NCBI GenBank assembly: GCA_963422365.1
Contig: OY729426.1
Coordinates: forward strand, 2,176,001 to 2,240,000
DNA from: Nitrospirales bacterium
GTDB taxonomy: Bacteria; Nitrospirota; Nitrospiria; Nitrospirales; UBA8639
Length of the DNA stretch: 64,000 nucleotides
Direction: 5' to 3'
This document shows, piece after piece, positions 18,497-28,493 of this stretch. The notes under the pieces were generated by a model. That model did not search any database. It was not told the origin of the DNA and saw only the letters and a list, made by a program, of their open reading frames with translations. How positions within the stretch are numbered: position 1 is the stretch's first letter; each line of letters starts with the position of its first letter. Position numbers and translations under genes: made by a program.

Positions 18497-19471
18497 CTAA
18501 CCCCGCCTAGCCGGCAGGAAGAAGCCGAGGCCCCAGCTCAGGTGCATGGTCGGCAGCACCAGGGGCAGGAGGACAGCCGCCGCATCCCGGCGCCGAATAC
18601 CCACAGCCGCCGCCCCGGTCACGAGAGCCAGCATGTAGGCGAGCGACACCGCAACTCCCCCCGTGTTTCCAGCCACGGCTAGGAATGCCGAGGCGGTCAA
18701 GCCCAGGACCAGCAGCGGGGCGGACACATGTCGAGGCCGCAGCGATCGCGGATGTCGTCGCAGCACCACCCGCTTCCATCGGCCATAGTCGAAATATTGC
18801 CGGGCGAGCAACCGCAACCGGCCGCGCGGCCGGTAAGTGACCACGAGCTCGGGATCAAACCACACCGTTCCCCCGCGTTCCCGCAGCCGCCAGTTGAGTT
18901 CATAGTCCTGATTGCGGACCAGAGTAGCGTCGTATCCCCCCACCTCCTCCAGCACCTCGCGCCGGAACGCGCCCAGGTAGACGGTGTCGACCGGTCCCTC
19001 AACGCCGCCCAACCGATAGCGGGCGTCCCCGGCTCCAAGTGGCGTGGTCATCGCCAGCGCCACAGCCCGCTCGAAGAAGGTGGTGCCGACCGGCTGTTGC
19101 CGGCCGCTGACATTGGCCGCCCCCGTCCTCTGAAGCGTCTCGACCGCACGGCGGACATAGCCGGGCGGGAACGTGGTATGGGCGTCGCAGCGCATGATGA
19201 TCTCGCTGCTCGAGGCCCGAAGCGCCGCATTAATTCCAGCCCCGGTGACCTGTTCCGGATTGGGGACCACCCGCACCGTCGGGTGGGACCGCCGGATAAG
19301 CTCGGCCATACCCGGGGTGTCGGCACCATCGGCCACGATCACCTCCACCGCCCCCGCGTACTCCTGGGTCAGCACCGAGTCGAGCGCCTCTGCAATGCTC
19401 GCCTCCGCATTGCGGGCTGGGATGAGCACTGATACTCGGGGGGGGATTCGAGATTTGTCGATGTCTGACAT
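18497..19471 (-). CDS. ExoA-like glycosyltransferase family 2
   Basis: 'VSVLIPARNAE', 'RCDAH', 'VDTVYLGAFRR', 'RNQDYELNWRLR', 'QYFDYGRWK' and C-terminal TMs. Confidence 0.9.
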   Translation of the reverse strand: MSDIDKSRIPPRVSVLIPARNAEASIAEALDSVLTQEYAGAVEVIVADGADTPGMAELIRRSHPTVRVVPNPEQVTGAGINAALRASSSEIIMRCDAHTTFPPGYVRRAVETLQRTGAANVSGRQQPVGTTFFERAVALAMTTPLGAGDARYRLGGVEGPVDTVYLGAFRREVLEEVGGYDATLVRNQDYELNWRLRERGGTVWFDPELVVTYRPRGRLRLLARQYFDYGRWKRVVLRRHPRSLRPRHVSAPLLVLGLTASAFLAVAGNTGGVAVSLAYMLALVTGAAAVGIRRRDAAAVLLPLVLPTMHLSWGLGFFLPARRG

Positions 19472-19757
19472 TTATGTCATCCTGTGAAGTCGCTATACCA
19501 TTTTTGGTGTCCATTTGGTACTTTCCGCGTTGTCTCGACGAGAAAAATGGGAATAATATTCTTAATAAATCAGTATTTTTGTCAAGGTTCATGAATGAAT
19601 CCTACTGCCCCTCGGCTTTCTCAATCCAGGTTCCTCTCAGGTCTTCCATGCCATCAACGTTTGTATTTGGAGAGCCATGCGCCGCAATTGGCGACGGTGC
19701 TTGATGCGCAGCACCAAAGCATGCTGGACATGAGGAAAGACAGGGTTGCTCAAAGTA

Positions 19758-19917
19758 TTGACGGTGACGTCGCCCGTTGTCGCGATCATCGTCGCCTGAT
19801 GCCGATCCTTATGTTGAAGAAGGCGACGTCGTGAGCCGATGTCAAGTGTTGTGCATGGTTGAAGCCATGGAATTCATGAATGAAATAGAATCCGAAGCTG
19901 ATGGTCGCACGGTGCGG
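19758..19917 (+). pseudogene. accB: Fragment of biotin carboxyl carrier protein (accB-like)
   Basis: LTVTSPVV / RSSSPDADPYVEEGDVVSRCQVLCMVEAMEFMNEIESEADGR. The GTFY segment is deleted and the biotinylated Lys of EAMKLMNE is replaced by Glu. Confidence 0.75.
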
Positions 19918-20199
19918 GGATTCCTGTGATGCCGGGGAGCGAAGGCGAGATTCGTCAATATCGAAATTCAAGTATTAGCCGATAAACACGGTCATCAGGT
20001 CCGTTACCGGGGCGGCGGGGCCAACAGGAATGAGAGATTTGATGCCCGAGTCCAGCCCGGGCTGCAGGGGCGAAACTTCAAAAGGGTGGATTTCGCGATC
20101 CAGCCGCCAATCGACCGGGATCGGCGAGCGCTGAACAACGCCCCGCACGCCAGACTTCCCTTCCATTTCCTGGCTGATTATTGGTATGTTTGGGCCGAA

Positions 20200-20269
20200 C
20201 ATCTACTGATTTTCCAGGCCATTCGCAATTATTTTTGTCCGGATTCATAATTATTTTCGTTCCGCTACA
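20200..20269. mobile_element. Orphan transposon-like right end (...TACA) with tandem ~22-bp internal repeats
   Basis: 20243-20269 matches the right end of the 35730-39927 element at 25/27 nt. A second related motif lies 22 bp inward at 20221-20242. Confidence 0.7.
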
Positions 20270-20359
20270 TCAGTTTTGTTTTCTCTGCGAAAAGATGATA
20301 TAAGTCGTTTCTTGTAATTCTTACCCGCTATACTCCTGAACATCGTCACAACATTATTC

Positions 20360-21400
20360 ATGTTTACCACAAAGGAGGATCACATATTGAATCGATGCAG
20401 AAGGCCTTTTCTCATCTTGTTCGGGGTTTCCATTCTCTTCTGCTTTCCCTTGGTCAACCACGCTGAACAACCCTTGGTTCAAGCCAACCTTGCGTATGCG
20501 CCCCAGGTCCCAGCCCCCATCACCCGATCGACTCCCGCTCGGGTGGTCGTGCACTTTGAAGCACAGGAATCCGTCGGCATGCTCACCGACGAGAAGTCCT
20601 ATAAATTCTGGAGTTTTAATGGAACGGTTCCCGGTCCTATGGTCAGAGTTCGGGTGGGAGATACCGTAGAATTCCACCTCAAAAACCACAGAGACAGCCA
20701 GTTCCCTCATAATATCGACATCCATGCGGTCAATGGACAGGGAGGAGGCGCGGCAGTGAATCTCGTGTCCCCTGGCCAAGAATCAGTCTTTGCATTCAAA
20801 ACGCTGAATCCCGGACTCTATCTTTACCATTGTTCCTCACCTATCCCCAATATCCCTGCTCATATTGCAAACGGCATGTATGGCTTGTTTTTGGTGGAGC
20901 CTGAAGAGGGTCTACCTCAAGTAGAGAAGGAATACTATGTCCTCCAAAGTGAATTTTTCACGACTCCGTCAAAGGAGAAGAACATCCTAGAGCTTTCCAT
21001 GGAAAAGGGACTGAGTGAACACCCCGATTACGTCGTGTTCAACGGGCGACAAGGCGCACTGACCGAAGATGTCACGTTAACGTCAAATGTCGGGGATACC
21101 GTCCGAATCTACTTTGGGAACATCGGGCCAAACGGCACATCGTCATTTCATATCATCGGTGAGATCTTCGACACCGTGTATGTGGAAGGGGCCATCGGGG
21201 GTTTAGTGAATCACAACGTGCAAACGACTCTTGTCCCTTCGGCAGGAGCGGTGATCGTCGAAATGAACATGGACGTGCCCGGTGATTATCTGTTGGTGGA
21301 CCATAGTATTTTCCGCGTGGCCAAAGGCGCAATCGGTTTTTTATCCGCAAAAGGCAAGGAACACCCTGAAATTTTTCAAAGCATCCAGACTGCTCAATAA
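20360..21400 (+). CDS. nirK: Copper-containing nitrite reductase
   Basis: Signal-peptide-like N-terminus and Cu ligand motifs 'HNIDIHA', 'YLYHC..P.IPAHIANGMYG', 'SSFHIIGEIFD' and 'LVDHS'. Confidence 0.92.
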   Translation: MFTTKEDHILNRCRRPFLILFGVSILFCFPLVNHAEQPLVQANLAYAPQVPAPITRSTPARVVVHFEAQESVGMLTDEKSYKFWSFNGTVPGPMVRVRVGDTVEFHLKNHRDSQFPHNIDIHAVNGQGGGAAVNLVSPGQESVFAFKTLNPGLYLYHCSSPIPNIPAHIANGMYGLFLVEPEEGLPQVEKEYYVLQSEFFTTPSKEKNILELSMEKGLSEHPDYVVFNGRQGALTEDVTLTSNVGDTVRIYFGNIGPNGTSSFHIIGEIFDTVYVEGAIGGLVNHNVQTTLVPSAGAVIVEMNMDVPGDYLLVDHSIFRVAKGAIGFLSAKGKEHPEIFQSIQTAQ

Positions 21401-21425
21401 ACTCTTCCGCTCCTAATCCCCTGGC

Positions 21426-21749
21426 TCACGAGGGGTTGGGAGCCATTAAGACAAGCACTCGCAGTCTGGCTCCGGAATGATTGGTGACAGCGTGTTCTTC
21501 ACCGGCAGGGGCTAAGGTTCCCTGCCCTGGCCCCAGCACGTGTTCCTGATTGCCAACTCGAAAGGTGCCGTGCCCCTCCAACACCATATATATTTTGTCT
21601 TCGTGGACATGAACATGCCCTTTCTGCACTTGATTCGGTTCAAAACAATAGACGTCACAAAACAATCGAGGCGTGTCAAACACATTATGTTTTTTCATTT
21701 TTTCACTGGAAAATTCCTGGAAATCCTCCAAACTAATGACTTGCATCAT
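21426..21749 (-). CDS. Cupin domain protein
   Basis: 'GHVHVHEDKIYMVLEGHG...APAGEEHAVTN' cupin motifs. Start chosen at ATG 21749 after a GGAGGTGA RBS-like site. Confidence 0.8.
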   Translation of the reverse strand: MMQVISLEDFQEFSSEKMKKHNVFDTPRLFCDVYCFEPNQVQKGHVHVHEDKIYMVLEGHGTFRVGNQEHVLGPGQGTLAPAGEEHAVTNHSGARLRVLVLMAPNPS

Positions 21750-22046
21750 CCCATCACCTCCCCTTGCCATAAACCTGCCCCCTAAAAGACGTGTGCACCC
21801 TGTTCTGCCACATACACCGCTCATCTTGTTTGGTATAATCTGATCAAATCAGACTCGAACACGCAGGTATTGTACCAAAGGCACATGATGTTCCCAAGCC
21901 TGTCCTCGACTTTCTTAATCAGGGAAACAACACGTCGTATCGACTTGCTGATTCACCATTCGTCTGGATTTTGCCCTGTCGAGCCCGTTCATGGTAGCGT
22001 GGAAACAGCGTAACGGTTTTTCGCATTCAGCAAAAAGGAGCAAGAG

Positions 22047-22682
22047 ATGAACGTGGCGCAAAGAGGAAGAAGCATCCTTTTCGGTGGCACGGTGCTCCTC
22101 CATCTGCTATTCGCAGGTGTCCAGGCTGCAGAAACATTGCCGGGCGATTACGAAGTCATACAAGGTGAACGTTCTCTTCATACACCGGGGAAGGTCCTGC
22201 TTCTCGAATTTGCCGATTTTTATTGCTCTCATTGCCACCTTTTTGAGAGAGTCGTGACATCGCGCTTAAAAAAAGAATTCGGCGAACGACTGGGAGTACG
22301 ATTGGTCGGGTTTCCCGTGATTCGCGGGAAACTTCCTACGGCTTTTGAAATGTATGAGCAGGCCAGAGCAATGGGAAAAGGTCCAGAAATGAAGGAGGTC
22401 TTATTCCGCACGATTCATAAAGATAAGATTGATATTTTTGATCGAGGCCTCCGTTCACTTCTGCTTCGTGAAGTCGGGTTAGACGGCAAAGCCTTTGAGG
22501 CCGGACTGGCCAGTGGCGAGCCGTACAAGGCCTTGGAAAAAGGTACAGCCTGGGGTGAACGAATTGGCGTCAAGCATACCCCTACTGTCGTCCTGGATGG
22601 AAACCTGCTGGTCTCGAATTTGGATATCGATAATTTTCGTACGCTGATCAACGGCATTCTCAAAAGAGACCAAGTACCATAA
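22047..22682 (+). CDS. DsbA-family thiol:disulfide oxidoreductase
   Basis: Signal peptide, 'EFADFYCSHC' CXXC motif and the cis-Pro loop 'GVKHTPTVVLDG'. Confidence 0.85.
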   Translation: MNVAQRGRSILFGGTVLLHLLFAGVQAAETLPGDYEVIQGERSLHTPGKVLLLEFADFYCSHCHLFERVVTSRLKKEFGERLGVRLVGFPVIRGKLPTAFEMYEQARAMGKGPEMKEVLFRTIHKDKIDIFDRGLRSLLLREVGLDGKAFEAGLASGEPYKALEKGTAWGERIGVKHTPTVVLDGNLLVSNLDIDNFRTLINGILKRDQVP

Positions 22683-22769
22683 ATTGAGAGAATCCCTGTT
22701 CGTGAAGCAGGCGTGGATTGAGCTCAGATAGTCTCACGTAGTAGGTTATCCCTCCTGGAGGAACTCCCC

Positions 22770-22982
22770 ATGGGCAAGAAAAAATTCCCGAAGGCCTCCT
22801 TTCCCGAATTGGAGGCTATGCTCAAAGACATGCAGGAATTACTCACTGATGAGTATGGAAATCCCCTTCCACCAGACCATCCACAGATTAAAAAGCTTCA
22901 AAGCCTTGCCGAACACATTGAAGCCGGCACGCCCTCCTCACCTGAAAACGAAGCCGGCGAATCATTGGCAGGCCATGCCTGA
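22770..22982 (+). CDS. Small hypothetical protein
   Basis: 70-aa ORF with a GGAGG RBS upstream; no recognised motif. Confidence 0.5.
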   Translation: MGKKKFPKASFPELEAMLKDMQELLTDEYGNPLPPDHPQIKKLQSLAEHIEAGTPSSPENEAGESLAGHA

Positions 22983-23092
22983 AAACTTGTTGTATCTGTC
23001 CCAGGGCATTTGTCGTACCCTGGCTGAAAGATGAAACACCATTTGTATAATTTTTATTTTAGCTTCGCCATCCCTGCTGCGGAGGCAAGGCC

Positions 23093-24391
23093 ATGCCTCA
23101 TGGTGCCTTAGCTGAACAGATCGCCGTGGAATTCATTCGATCAATCAAGAACGTCTCAATGGTTTCTCCTGAAACGATTTTCAGATATGGGCTGATGATG
23201 ATCGCGTTGTTTATTCTAGTAGACAAAGCGCACCATGTGGTTGAGTATTGTTTTGTCGGATTGTTGATTGTGTGGGGCAGCGTCAAGCTGAGCCGTCGGG
23301 ATTACCACTTCGTCAGGACTCCACTCGATCTTCCCATCTTGCTGTTTGTCATCTGGATATTGGTGACCATCCCCTTTTCCGTGGATCCAGCGTATAGTTT
23401 GACGGAATGGCGCAAGACCGTCGTGAAAATTCTCATGTTCTATTTCGTGGTGAACGTGGTGCGCACAGAACAAGACGTGCGTTCCATTCTTCTGGCGTTC
23501 ATGCTGGGTGTCGTGGCATTGAGTGCGTTCGGCATCGTCGACCATCTGGTGAAAGGAAACAGCCTTTTCGACAAAACCAGCCACACGGCTTCTCTGTCGT
23601 CGTCAGGGCAATGGTTTTCTACGTACCTGGTGATGGGAGTTCCGTTTGTGTGGCTGGTTTTTCTGGAACGTGAGGGGAGACACGCAACATGGTCCATCGG
23701 ACTCCTCTTCGTCATGATTCTGACCGCGTTGTTCTTGTCGCATACAAGGGGAGCCTGGGTGGCCTTTTTTGCCCAATTGGCGGTATTTGGATTGCTAAAC
23801 GTTAAACACAAATGGCGAACATGGGGTCTCGTAGCTGTAACGTGTGGAGTGATCTTTATTGGTGGATCCTTGTTCAAGGAGTTTCAAGGCAATCTTGCCC
23901 ACAACATTCAGGACATTCCTCTTCCAAGTTTGTTGGCTATGAACACTATGAAAATTCGACTCGATATCTGGCAAACAACCATCGAACAAATTCTGGCCCA
24001 GCCTATCCTAGGCTATGGATACGGCAATCATACGTTTCAACAAATCAACAAAGAAATACTCGTTGGGTTTGATAATCGTTTAATGACACTGCATGTGCAT
24101 AACGCATGGTTATCTCTAGCCTATGAAGTAGGGCTGATCGGGTTTGCCTTATTCGCCTTTGTCTATTTCATGATAATCCGGGCAGCAACGCAGGGATGGA
24201 AGAAATGGAGAGGGACCTTCGTTGGAAATCTTGGCTTATGCATTCTTCTGCTGGCTGTAGGAGTGGTCACAAGAAACATGTTTGATACCATGTTTGCCGG
24301 AAGTTTGGCGTATCTGTTTTGGTTGTTAACCGGCCTGTATTTCGCCCTCAGGATTCACCAGGACACAAGCGGTCGAACATCATCAGACTAG
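23093..24391 (+). CDS. O-antigen ligase (WaaL-like)
   Basis: Many TMs; 'LSHTRGAWVA', 'RLDIW..QPILGYGYG' and 'HVHNAWLSLAYEVGLIG'. Confidence 0.88.
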   Translation: MPHGALAEQIAVEFIRSIKNVSMVSPETIFRYGLMMIALFILVDKAHHVVEYCFVGLLIVWGSVKLSRRDYHFVRTPLDLPILLFVIWILVTIPFSVDPAYSLTEWRKTVVKILMFYFVVNVVRTEQDVRSILLAFMLGVVALSAFGIVDHLVKGNSLFDKTSHTASLSSSGQWFSTYLVMGVPFVWLVFLEREGRHATWSIGLLFVMILTALFLSHTRGAWVAFFAQLAVFGLLNVKHKWRTWGLVAVTCGVIFIGGSLFKEFQGNLAHNIQDIPLPSLLAMNTMKIRLDIWQTTIEQILAQPILGYGYGNHTFQQINKEILVGFDNRLMTLHVHNAWLSLAYEVGLIGFALFAFVYFMIIRAATQGWKKWRGTFVGNLGLCILLLAVGVVTRNMFDTMFAGSLAYLFWLLTGLYFALRIHQDTSGRTSSD

Positions 24392-24556
24392 GCTGGCGAA
24401 GCGTTCCTGGTTGCAGTGGTCCATTGGTCGTTACGAGTTGAAACATTTTAGATAACAGGCCATGTTTCGATTTGAGAAAGATTCGTCGTCTCTGATAAAT
24501 TACCCCACCGATCCGAAATTGTTCTGCTCAGGAGGCAAAGAATTTCAGAGAAGCGG

Positions 24557-24916
24557 ATGAGTACGATTAGTTTTGACACCCATACGTTTGTGAAGCGCCT
24601 GACGCAAGCGGGCATGCCGGAAGCCCAAGCCGAAGTGCTGGCCGACTCCCAGTCCCAGCTAATTGACGATAAGCTCGCCACGAAACACGACTTGAACGAA
24701 CTAGAAGCCAGACTGACCCATGACATCAAGGAACTGGAAACCCGGCTGACCCATGACATCAAGGAACTGGAAGCCCGGCTGACCCGCGACATCAAGGAAC
24801 TGGAAGCCCGACTCACCCACAACCTGAACGAATTGGCCTTGCGGCTAACAATCCGACTCGGCTCGATGTTGGTCGTTGCCATTGGCGTCGTCGCCACGCT
24901 GGTGAAACTCCTTTAA
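24557..24916 (+). CDS. DUF1640/CCDC90-like small coiled-coil membrane-anchored protein
   Basis: 'FDTHTFVKRLTQAGMPEAQAEVL...LATKHDL' head, 11-aa repeats and a C-terminal TM. Confidence 0.8.
   Translation: MSTISFDTHTFVKRLTQAGMPEAQAEVLADSQSQLIDDKLATKHDLNELEARLTHDIKELETRLTHDIKELEARLTRDIKELEARLTHNLNELALRLTIRLGSMLVVAIGVVATLVKLL
24698..24829 (+). repeat. 4 x 33-bp imperfect tandem repeat (ELEARLTHDIK)
   Basis: GAACT(A/G)GAA(G/A)CC...GACATCAAG units read directly in the sequence. Confidence 0.9.
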
Positions 24917-24997
24917 ACCATCCTCCCCCTCTGATAGGACACTTTCCAAATGATTTTGTAACCATGATGAAACTAAATGTTCATGAATAGACACAAC

Positions 24998-25088
24998 GGA
25001 GAGGTGGCCGAGCGGCCGAAGGCAACGGTTTGCTAAACCGTCGTAGGCTAACCCCCTACCGCGGGTTCAAATCCCGCCCTCTCCGCCA
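24998..25088 (+). tRNA. tRNA-Ser(GCT)
   Basis: GGAGAGG/CCTCTCC acceptor stem, anticodon loop TTGCTAA, long variable arm, GGTTCAAATCC T-loop and encoded CCA. Confidence 0.95.
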
Positions 25089-25213
25089 TTTTTTGATCGA
25101 CTGAGGAGTTACGTCTTTACTTTACTTTACTGCCTTCCTTTTTCTTCAACCCCCAGCCATACAAGTCCTACAGAGGCGTACTCTGTTTTTACCTTTCCTG
25201 CAGGAACGTTTTC

Positions 25214-26275
25214 ATGCGTGAACAGCGTTGGGAATCCTGTCAACCTCTGAGTTTCCCGCAGGTTCTCGAACTCTTGGACCGACTTCGCGCCAAAGGGTTT
25301 CGTCCTGTTGATCCTGAAAAAGAAGTGATCTGTTATATCGAAGAGTGGCCAGTCCCATCTCCTGCTGCCATTCAGCAACTCGATCAATGGCCTCTTGAAG
25401 ACGTGACAATGATCCATGTGCTCGATGCGTGGAATGGCGATTTCTTTCTTCTGGCCGGACGTTATCATTCGATCTTCCAACGCTACCAATCGGTGAACAC
25501 GTATTGCTCAATCAGCCACCCGTGGCATCTTTCCGGCCATTTGGCCACGCTGTATCCCCTGGCCATGTTCTGGGTTGGATTTCGCCATACGCACTCATTC
25601 ATCAGAATTCGATTCCACACTTCTAAGATTATTGCCCAGGGGGAATCCTGTGACGACCACCAACAGCCAATCTGGGTAGAAGAACGGCAGACGGCGTTCC
25701 GTGAAGCCATTGAACTTCTCGACTTACCGATAGACGTCTCGATTCAAAAAGGCCGAGTGGCGCTGCGCAACACATACAAAGAGGTCCCATTTTTTTGTTC
25801 TTGGCCTGATGCGTTTGGACCGTGCCAATTCGAATTTAATTCCTCAGATTCATTCGCATTTCTCGTGCCAGCCAGCGGATTAGCTTCGACTTATCGACTG
25901 CCGACAGCACCGGTTCGAATTTACTTAACTGGCTTTTCTCAGAAGGCCCTGAATGAGTTCAAGGCTGTTGAACCTGATGTGCGCACAGTCTACCGCTGCT
26001 CTGCGCATGCCTGCCTCTTGGATCTCCCTACCCTTCTAGACATTACGGGAACAGGAGGACGATTGTACACCACGGTTTCTGAATTTCGAACACAAGCTGT
26101 TTTCCCTCATCATCCGGATGCCGCTGCCATTATCGGAATCATGGGGACGGACAATCACTATCAGCTTGAAGTCCGGTTTAATATGATACCTGTAGCCATA
26201 AATGAGATGACCTCCTGGCTCGAGGGTTTGTTCGTCTTTCCTATGACCTATGCCCCACTCTCCCCTTTTCCGTAA
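25214..26275 (+). CDS. Hypothetical protein
   Basis: 353-aa ORF with host-like composition and a plausible RBS; no motif recognised. Confidence 0.7.
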   Translation: MREQRWESCQPLSFPQVLELLDRLRAKGFRPVDPEKEVICYIEEWPVPSPAAIQQLDQWPLEDVTMIHVLDAWNGDFFLLAGRYHSIFQRYQSVNTYCSISHPWHLSGHLATLYPLAMFWVGFRHTHSFIRIRFHTSKIIAQGESCDDHQQPIWVEERQTAFREAIELLDLPIDVSIQKGRVALRNTYKEVPFFCSWPDAFGPCQFEFNSSDSFAFLVPASGLASTYRLPTAPVRIYLTGFSQKALNEFKAVEPDVRTVYRCSAHACLLDLPTLLDITGTGGRLYTTVSEFRTQAVFPHHPDAAAIIGIMGTDNHYQLEVRFNMIPVAINEMTSWLEGLFVFPMTYAPLSPFP

Positions 26276-26300
26276 AAAAATCATCAACCATGCCGCTATC

Positions 26301-27338
26301 TTATAAAAACTCTTGTGCGGCATCTAAGACTTCCTCAACAGTGATCAACTTCATGCAGCTTTGCTCTCCTCGGAAACAGCCAGGATGAAAGCACTCCCGA
26401 CAATCAAGCCCCTTATAGATCGTCTTGGTGTCTTTCCCTCGTGGTCCCCAGACGGCCGGATTCGATGGGCCGAACAGAGCAACAACGGGACATCCAACTG
26501 CTGCGGCGATGTGCATCGGTCCTGCATCGTTGCCGACAAAGAGGCGACCGTGCCGCATCAGCGCGGCCAATTCCAACAGGCTTGTTTTTCCAAGAAGAGA
26601 AGCGATAGGATGTTGGGCAGCCTTCAAAATTTCCGTTTCCAGGATCTGTTCATTCCGGCTTCCCACCAATACGACCTGAAATCCCTTTTCATATAAAACA
26701 TCTGCTAATGCCGCGAATCGATCAGAGGGCCACGCCTTAAACCAATAGCGAGCCGCAGGATGAATCATAATCCACTGTTTCTGATCTAGCGACAAGGTTT
26801 CCAGCATTCGATGAGCCTGTTCATAGTCTTTACTGGAGAGCGGCAAAATGGGCTCTCCTCCCTGTATGGGAAGACCCAGCGGTGAAAAGGCCATCGCATG
26901 ATAGTCAATCACGTGCATGGCTTCGTAGGAAGCCTTGACACAATGCGAATACAGCCGTCCGCGCAAGCGGTCCTCATGATTAAAGCCGATGCGCAGGCAT
27001 GCTCCTGTGACACATGAAATGATCGCCGACCTATCACCATCCGTGAGGTCCACAACGCAATCAAAACCCCGTGCGCGTAATCCACGAGAAAACTGCACTT
27101 GGTGGATCATTCCTGTACGCGGGAGACAAAGCACCTCATCGACATCGGGGTTGTATCGCAGCACGTCGTCGGTTCCAGGATTCACCAGCATCGTGACCCC
27201 AGCGTCAGGGAAACCCTGACGTAACACGCGTAAAAACGGCGTGGTGAGCAGCACATCTCCAATGTAGCGAAGTTTAATGACGAGAATGTCATGAATCACT
27301 CGACTTTCCGCTCTTTCAGAAAAAGGTGTGCCAGGCAA
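26301..27338 (-). CDS. LPS heptosyltransferase, GT9 (RfaQ/heptosyltransferase III-like)
   Basis: 'ILVIKLRYIGDVLLTTP', 'IHPAARYWFKAWP' and 'GNDAGPMHIAAAVG'. Confidence 0.85.
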   Translation of the reverse strand: MPGTPFSERAESRVIHDILVIKLRYIGDVLLTTPFLRVLRQGFPDAGVTMLVNPGTDDVLRYNPDVDEVLCLPRTGMIHQVQFSRGLRARGFDCVVDLTDGDRSAIISCVTGACLRIGFNHEDRLRGRLYSHCVKASYEAMHVIDYHAMAFSPLGLPIQGGEPILPLSSKDYEQAHRMLETLSLDQKQWIMIHPAARYWFKAWPSDRFAALADVLYEKGFQVVLVGSRNEQILETEILKAAQHPIASLLGKTSLLELAALMRHGRLFVGNDAGPMHIAAAVGCPVVALFGPSNPAVWGPRGKDTKTIYKGLDCRECFHPGCFRGEQSCMKLITVEEVLDAAQEFL

Positions 27339-27363
27339 AGAGTGACTGATTTATGCGTAGAGG

Positions 27364-28467
27364 TTAAGCACACAGATCTTCATAGACGCTCAAGGTTTTC
27401 TCGGCGGTTCGTTGCCATGTAAAACGATTCGCTTGTTTCAACCCCTTGGCGATGAGTGTGTGACGGAGCGACTCATCTTCGATAATCCGCAACAAAGCCT
27501 TCAGCAGATCCGTTTCGTCGTGAGGATTCATGAACAGCGCCGCATCCCCTGCAACTTCAGGAAGCGCCGTCACATTGGAGGTAATCACCGGCGCGCCGCA
27601 AGCCATGGCTTCGAGCACAGGGAACCCAAACCCTTCATAAAGCGATGGAAAGAGAAAGGCCGTGGCATGAGAATAGAGCAGACGCAACACGTATCTTGAC
27701 ACGGTGCCCACGCAATGCACATGTTCGGCAATACCCATGGCCCGAGCCGTCTCTAAGAGATCATCGCCACGAGACTGCCGGCTTCCGACCATAATCAAGG
27801 GGTACTCACGTAACAGCGCAGGGGCTTGGCTCAATGCTTGACAGATGAGTCGATGATTTTTCCGCGGATCGGCTCCCCCGACAAACAACAAATATGCCCC
27901 GTCGGGAAGCCCGAGGGCATGCTTCGTCTTGTTCCAGGCTGACTCATCATGATCTGGATAAAACCCGTCTGGCACCCCGTGATAAACCACGTGGACGCGA
28001 TCCGAAGGACAGTTCATCCATTCTTGAAGATCTCGTGCCGTAGACTGAGACACGGCGATAACTCGCTGAGCCGAGCACACGCGCCGCTTCAGTCGCTGCA
28101 ACGCCCATCGTTCGCCACCCGCCTTCTTGGTGTATTGAGGATACCGTGACAACCACAAATCATGAATCGTGAGAACGGTCCCAAAAGAACCCTTGGTTTG
28201 GAGCTTGAAATTCGTCCCATGATACACGTCTAAGTGGTCCCGTCTCCCTATTGTTCGCCGATTCCACCACCGTACGGGTGACCATGACGCGGCGTCTGTT
28301 GTTGTCGCTACTCTCAACTCTTCTGGCAAGAAGGTACCTTGAGGAGTATAGAGCCAAAACTCATGAGACGACTTGAGATTTAGCAATGATTGCACTAAGC
28401 ACCGCACGTATTGCCCCACTCCGCCTTGACTCCCGAGTACAGGCCCCGCGTCAATCCCCACCCGCAT
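27364..28467 (-). CDS. Glycosyltransferase family 4 (MtfB-like)
   Basis: 'VGGADPRKN' and '[22 protein letters not shown]'. Confidence 0.9.
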   Translation of the reverse strand: MRVGIDAGPVLGSQGGVGQYVRCLVQSLLNLKSSHEFWLYTPQGTFLPEELRVATTTDAASWSPVRWWNRRTIGRRDHLDVYHGTNFKLQTKGSFGTVLTIHDLWLSRYPQYTKKAGGERWALQRLKRRVCSAQRVIAVSQSTARDLQEWMNCPSDRVHVVYHGVPDGFYPDHDESAWNKTKHALGLPDGAYLLFVGGADPRKNHRLICQALSQAPALLREYPLIMVGSRQSRGDDLLETARAMGIAEHVHCVGTVSRYVLRLLYSHATAFLFPSLYEGFGFPVLEAMACGAPVITSNVTALPEVAGDAALFMNPHDETDLLKALLRIIEDESLRHTLIAKGLKQANRFTWQRTAEKTLSVYEDLCA

Positions 28468-28493
28468 GACACCCCCTCACCACGTCGTCGCAA

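Noticed and set aside
19975..20202. Short ORFs next to the orphan end as a transposase remnant
   Set aside because: No DDE or helix-turn-helix features recognisable in the frames I translated.
24698..24829. 33-bp repeats considered as a possible CRISPR array
   Set aside because: No spacers; they encode an 11-aa coiled-coil repeat.
24998..25088. tRNA-Ser as an integration site
   Set aside because: No integrase nearby and I saw no duplicated tRNA 3' end in the window.
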